Shown in pieces: positions 62,809 through 64,000 of a stretch of DNA of 64,000 nt (position 1 is the first letter of the stretch; every line of letters starts with the position of its first letter). The DNA comes from Asterias rubens. Lineage: Eukaryota. The position numbers and the translations under genes are program-made. The notes under the pieces are model-generated. The model did no database searches. It had not been told where the DNA came from and saw nothing but the letters and a program-made list of their open reading frames with translations. The DNA is taken from positions 11,346,001-11,410,000 of the forward strand of contig NC_047063.1 of assembly GCF_902459465.1 (NCBI RefSeq), written 5' to 3'.

Positions 62809-63184
62809 GTGAGTATTGTTCTCTGATTTGTACAAATCTCTTGTCTCAAATAAAAATCAAATTAACTAGTGTGGACAACTCACACAAGTGTGTAAACACC
62901 TGCAATTGTGGACCCTCCTTTGTTCAACTCTTTGTGATAGCAACCATGGACCACAATGCTTTTTCTTTGTGATAGCAACCGTGGACCCATTTTCCCTTTC
63001 ATTACAGGTCCCTGGTTTGAATGTGAATACCTACCCACACCAACACAAGTGTGTATACGCCTGCAACCGTTGACCTCCTATTGTCCCTCTTTTGTTTATA
63101 CTCTAACTTTTTTGCAACAGCTCCCATTGGTTTTGTACACATTTTCCCCGGTTTGGATGTGTATACTTACTCACTTCACTTAAA

Positions 63185-63683
63185 AGTCCAGCAAAGCCTA
63201 AGAAGCAGTCGTTTTCTTCAAAGAGTCATAAGAACCCAGAGGTGTGGCAGTTCCTTTGTTCCGGCTGCCATTAAGTTATACAATGGGCAGCTGGAAGGGT
63301 GAGCTGTGGTACAATTTGGGTTCTAACTCCATTGTTGTTATTGCCTTTTTATGATTGCTGTTGTATGGTGTAATTTTATTCAGTATCTTCACTTTTATCC
63401 GTTTACTATGGTTCACTATTTAAGTTAGTATTTAGGACTACACTTTCCGTATTGTACCAGCTAACCTTTTTTACATTGGTATTTTATATTGGTGTGTTTT
63501 TATTCAGTATCTTCATTGTATCCGTTTATTACGGTTCACTTTTCATTATTTATTTAGGCCTACAGTTTCTCTATTGTAACATTTAACCTTTTTAACGTTG
63601 GTATTTTATATTGGTGTGTTTTTATGTAAACAAAGAAGCAACAACAATTGTATTATATTGTATTGTATTGTATTGTATTATGT
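63185..63683 (+). mobile_element. Rex1/Babar-like LINE 3' fragment with duplicated 3' UTR and (ATTGT)n tail
   Basis: RTQRCGSSFVPAAIKLYN resembles the Rex-type ORF2 end; ~124-bp direct repeat 63374-63624; (ATTGT)n at ~63648-63680. Confidence 0.6.
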
Positions 63684-63837
63684 TAATCTCCCTTTTGATA
63701 AGTTGACATGTCTTTAACAAACTCTCTGAAATGATTTTGTAAATCGCTGTTTCCATTTTGAGACAAATTTAAAGGATAATTATTGATACTGCTATTGAAC
63801 AGGACTCTGATTTTTAAATGATTTGTTTTCTCATCAG

Positions 63838-63904
63838 TTGTTGGCTGTCTATCGAAGACATCTTGATATGGAGTTTTGCTGGACCAGTACTTGCAGTTGT
63901 TTTG
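63838..63904 (+). CDS. CELSR: CELSR exon (67 nt, phase 2-0): ECL2 and start of TM5 (FCWLSIEDILIWSFAGPVLAVVL)
   Basis: Acceptor catcag|, donor TTG|gtgagt; CWLS and IWSFAGPV motifs. Confidence 0.95.
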
Positions 63905-64000
63905 GTGAGTTAAGATCCCTACCCAGTATTGTTGGTTGTGTCTTGTTCAATGCCTAACTTGAATGAGGACGGTTCTTTTCAGAACTGAGAAGTCTCCCAA

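Larger units (their letters stand above)
10579..63904 (+). other. CELSR: CELSR/Flamingo adhesion GPCR gene, partial (19 coding exons; 5' cadherin exon(s) and 3' end outside window)
   Basis: Spliced translation gives the diagnostic CELSR domain order EGF3-LamG-EGF-LamG-EGF2-LamEGF-HRM-GAIN-7TM. All introns are GT-AG and phases are compatible across all 18 junctions (sum 4178 nt = 2 + 1392x3). Confidence 0.97.

Noticed and set aside
1-64000. Most short ORFs in the supplied track
   Set aside because: They are intronic, low-complexity or overlap MITEs (recurring CPCPFKN and PWSLP peptides come from family A), with no domain signature or splice support.

Overview
This is AT-rich animal genomic DNA, not prokaryotic: there are no operons, CRISPR arrays, rRNA or true tRNA genes. 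The repeat content suggests an invertebrate deuterostome, possibly a sea star, but that assignment is low confidence. The whole window lies inside one + strand gene, a CELSR/Flamingo (starry night) adhesion GPCR-cadherin. I traced 19 GT-AG coding exons by hand, and their phases join into one open frame of 4178 nt (~1393 codons). Domain order is: end of cadherin region/membrane-proximal domain, EGF x3, LamG1, EGF, LamG2, EGF x2, laminin-EGF modules, HRM, GAIN/GPS, then TM1 to the start of TM5. The cadherin-repeat exon(s) lie upstream and the rest of the 7TM and tail lie downstream. Introns are very uneven (>10.5 kb, 21.1 kb and 16.1 kb at the 5' end; 0.3-1.2 kb elsewhere) and contain MITEs, tRNA-related elements and LINE 3' fragments, several of them nested. 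Most striking observation: the 3' splice site and first codons of the TM1 exon are tandemly triplicated. Either upstream copy would splice in frame to the GPS exon and stop at 61083-61085 just before TM1, predicting an NMD switch or a secreted CELSR ectodomain. Almost all other ORFs in the track are intronic noise.
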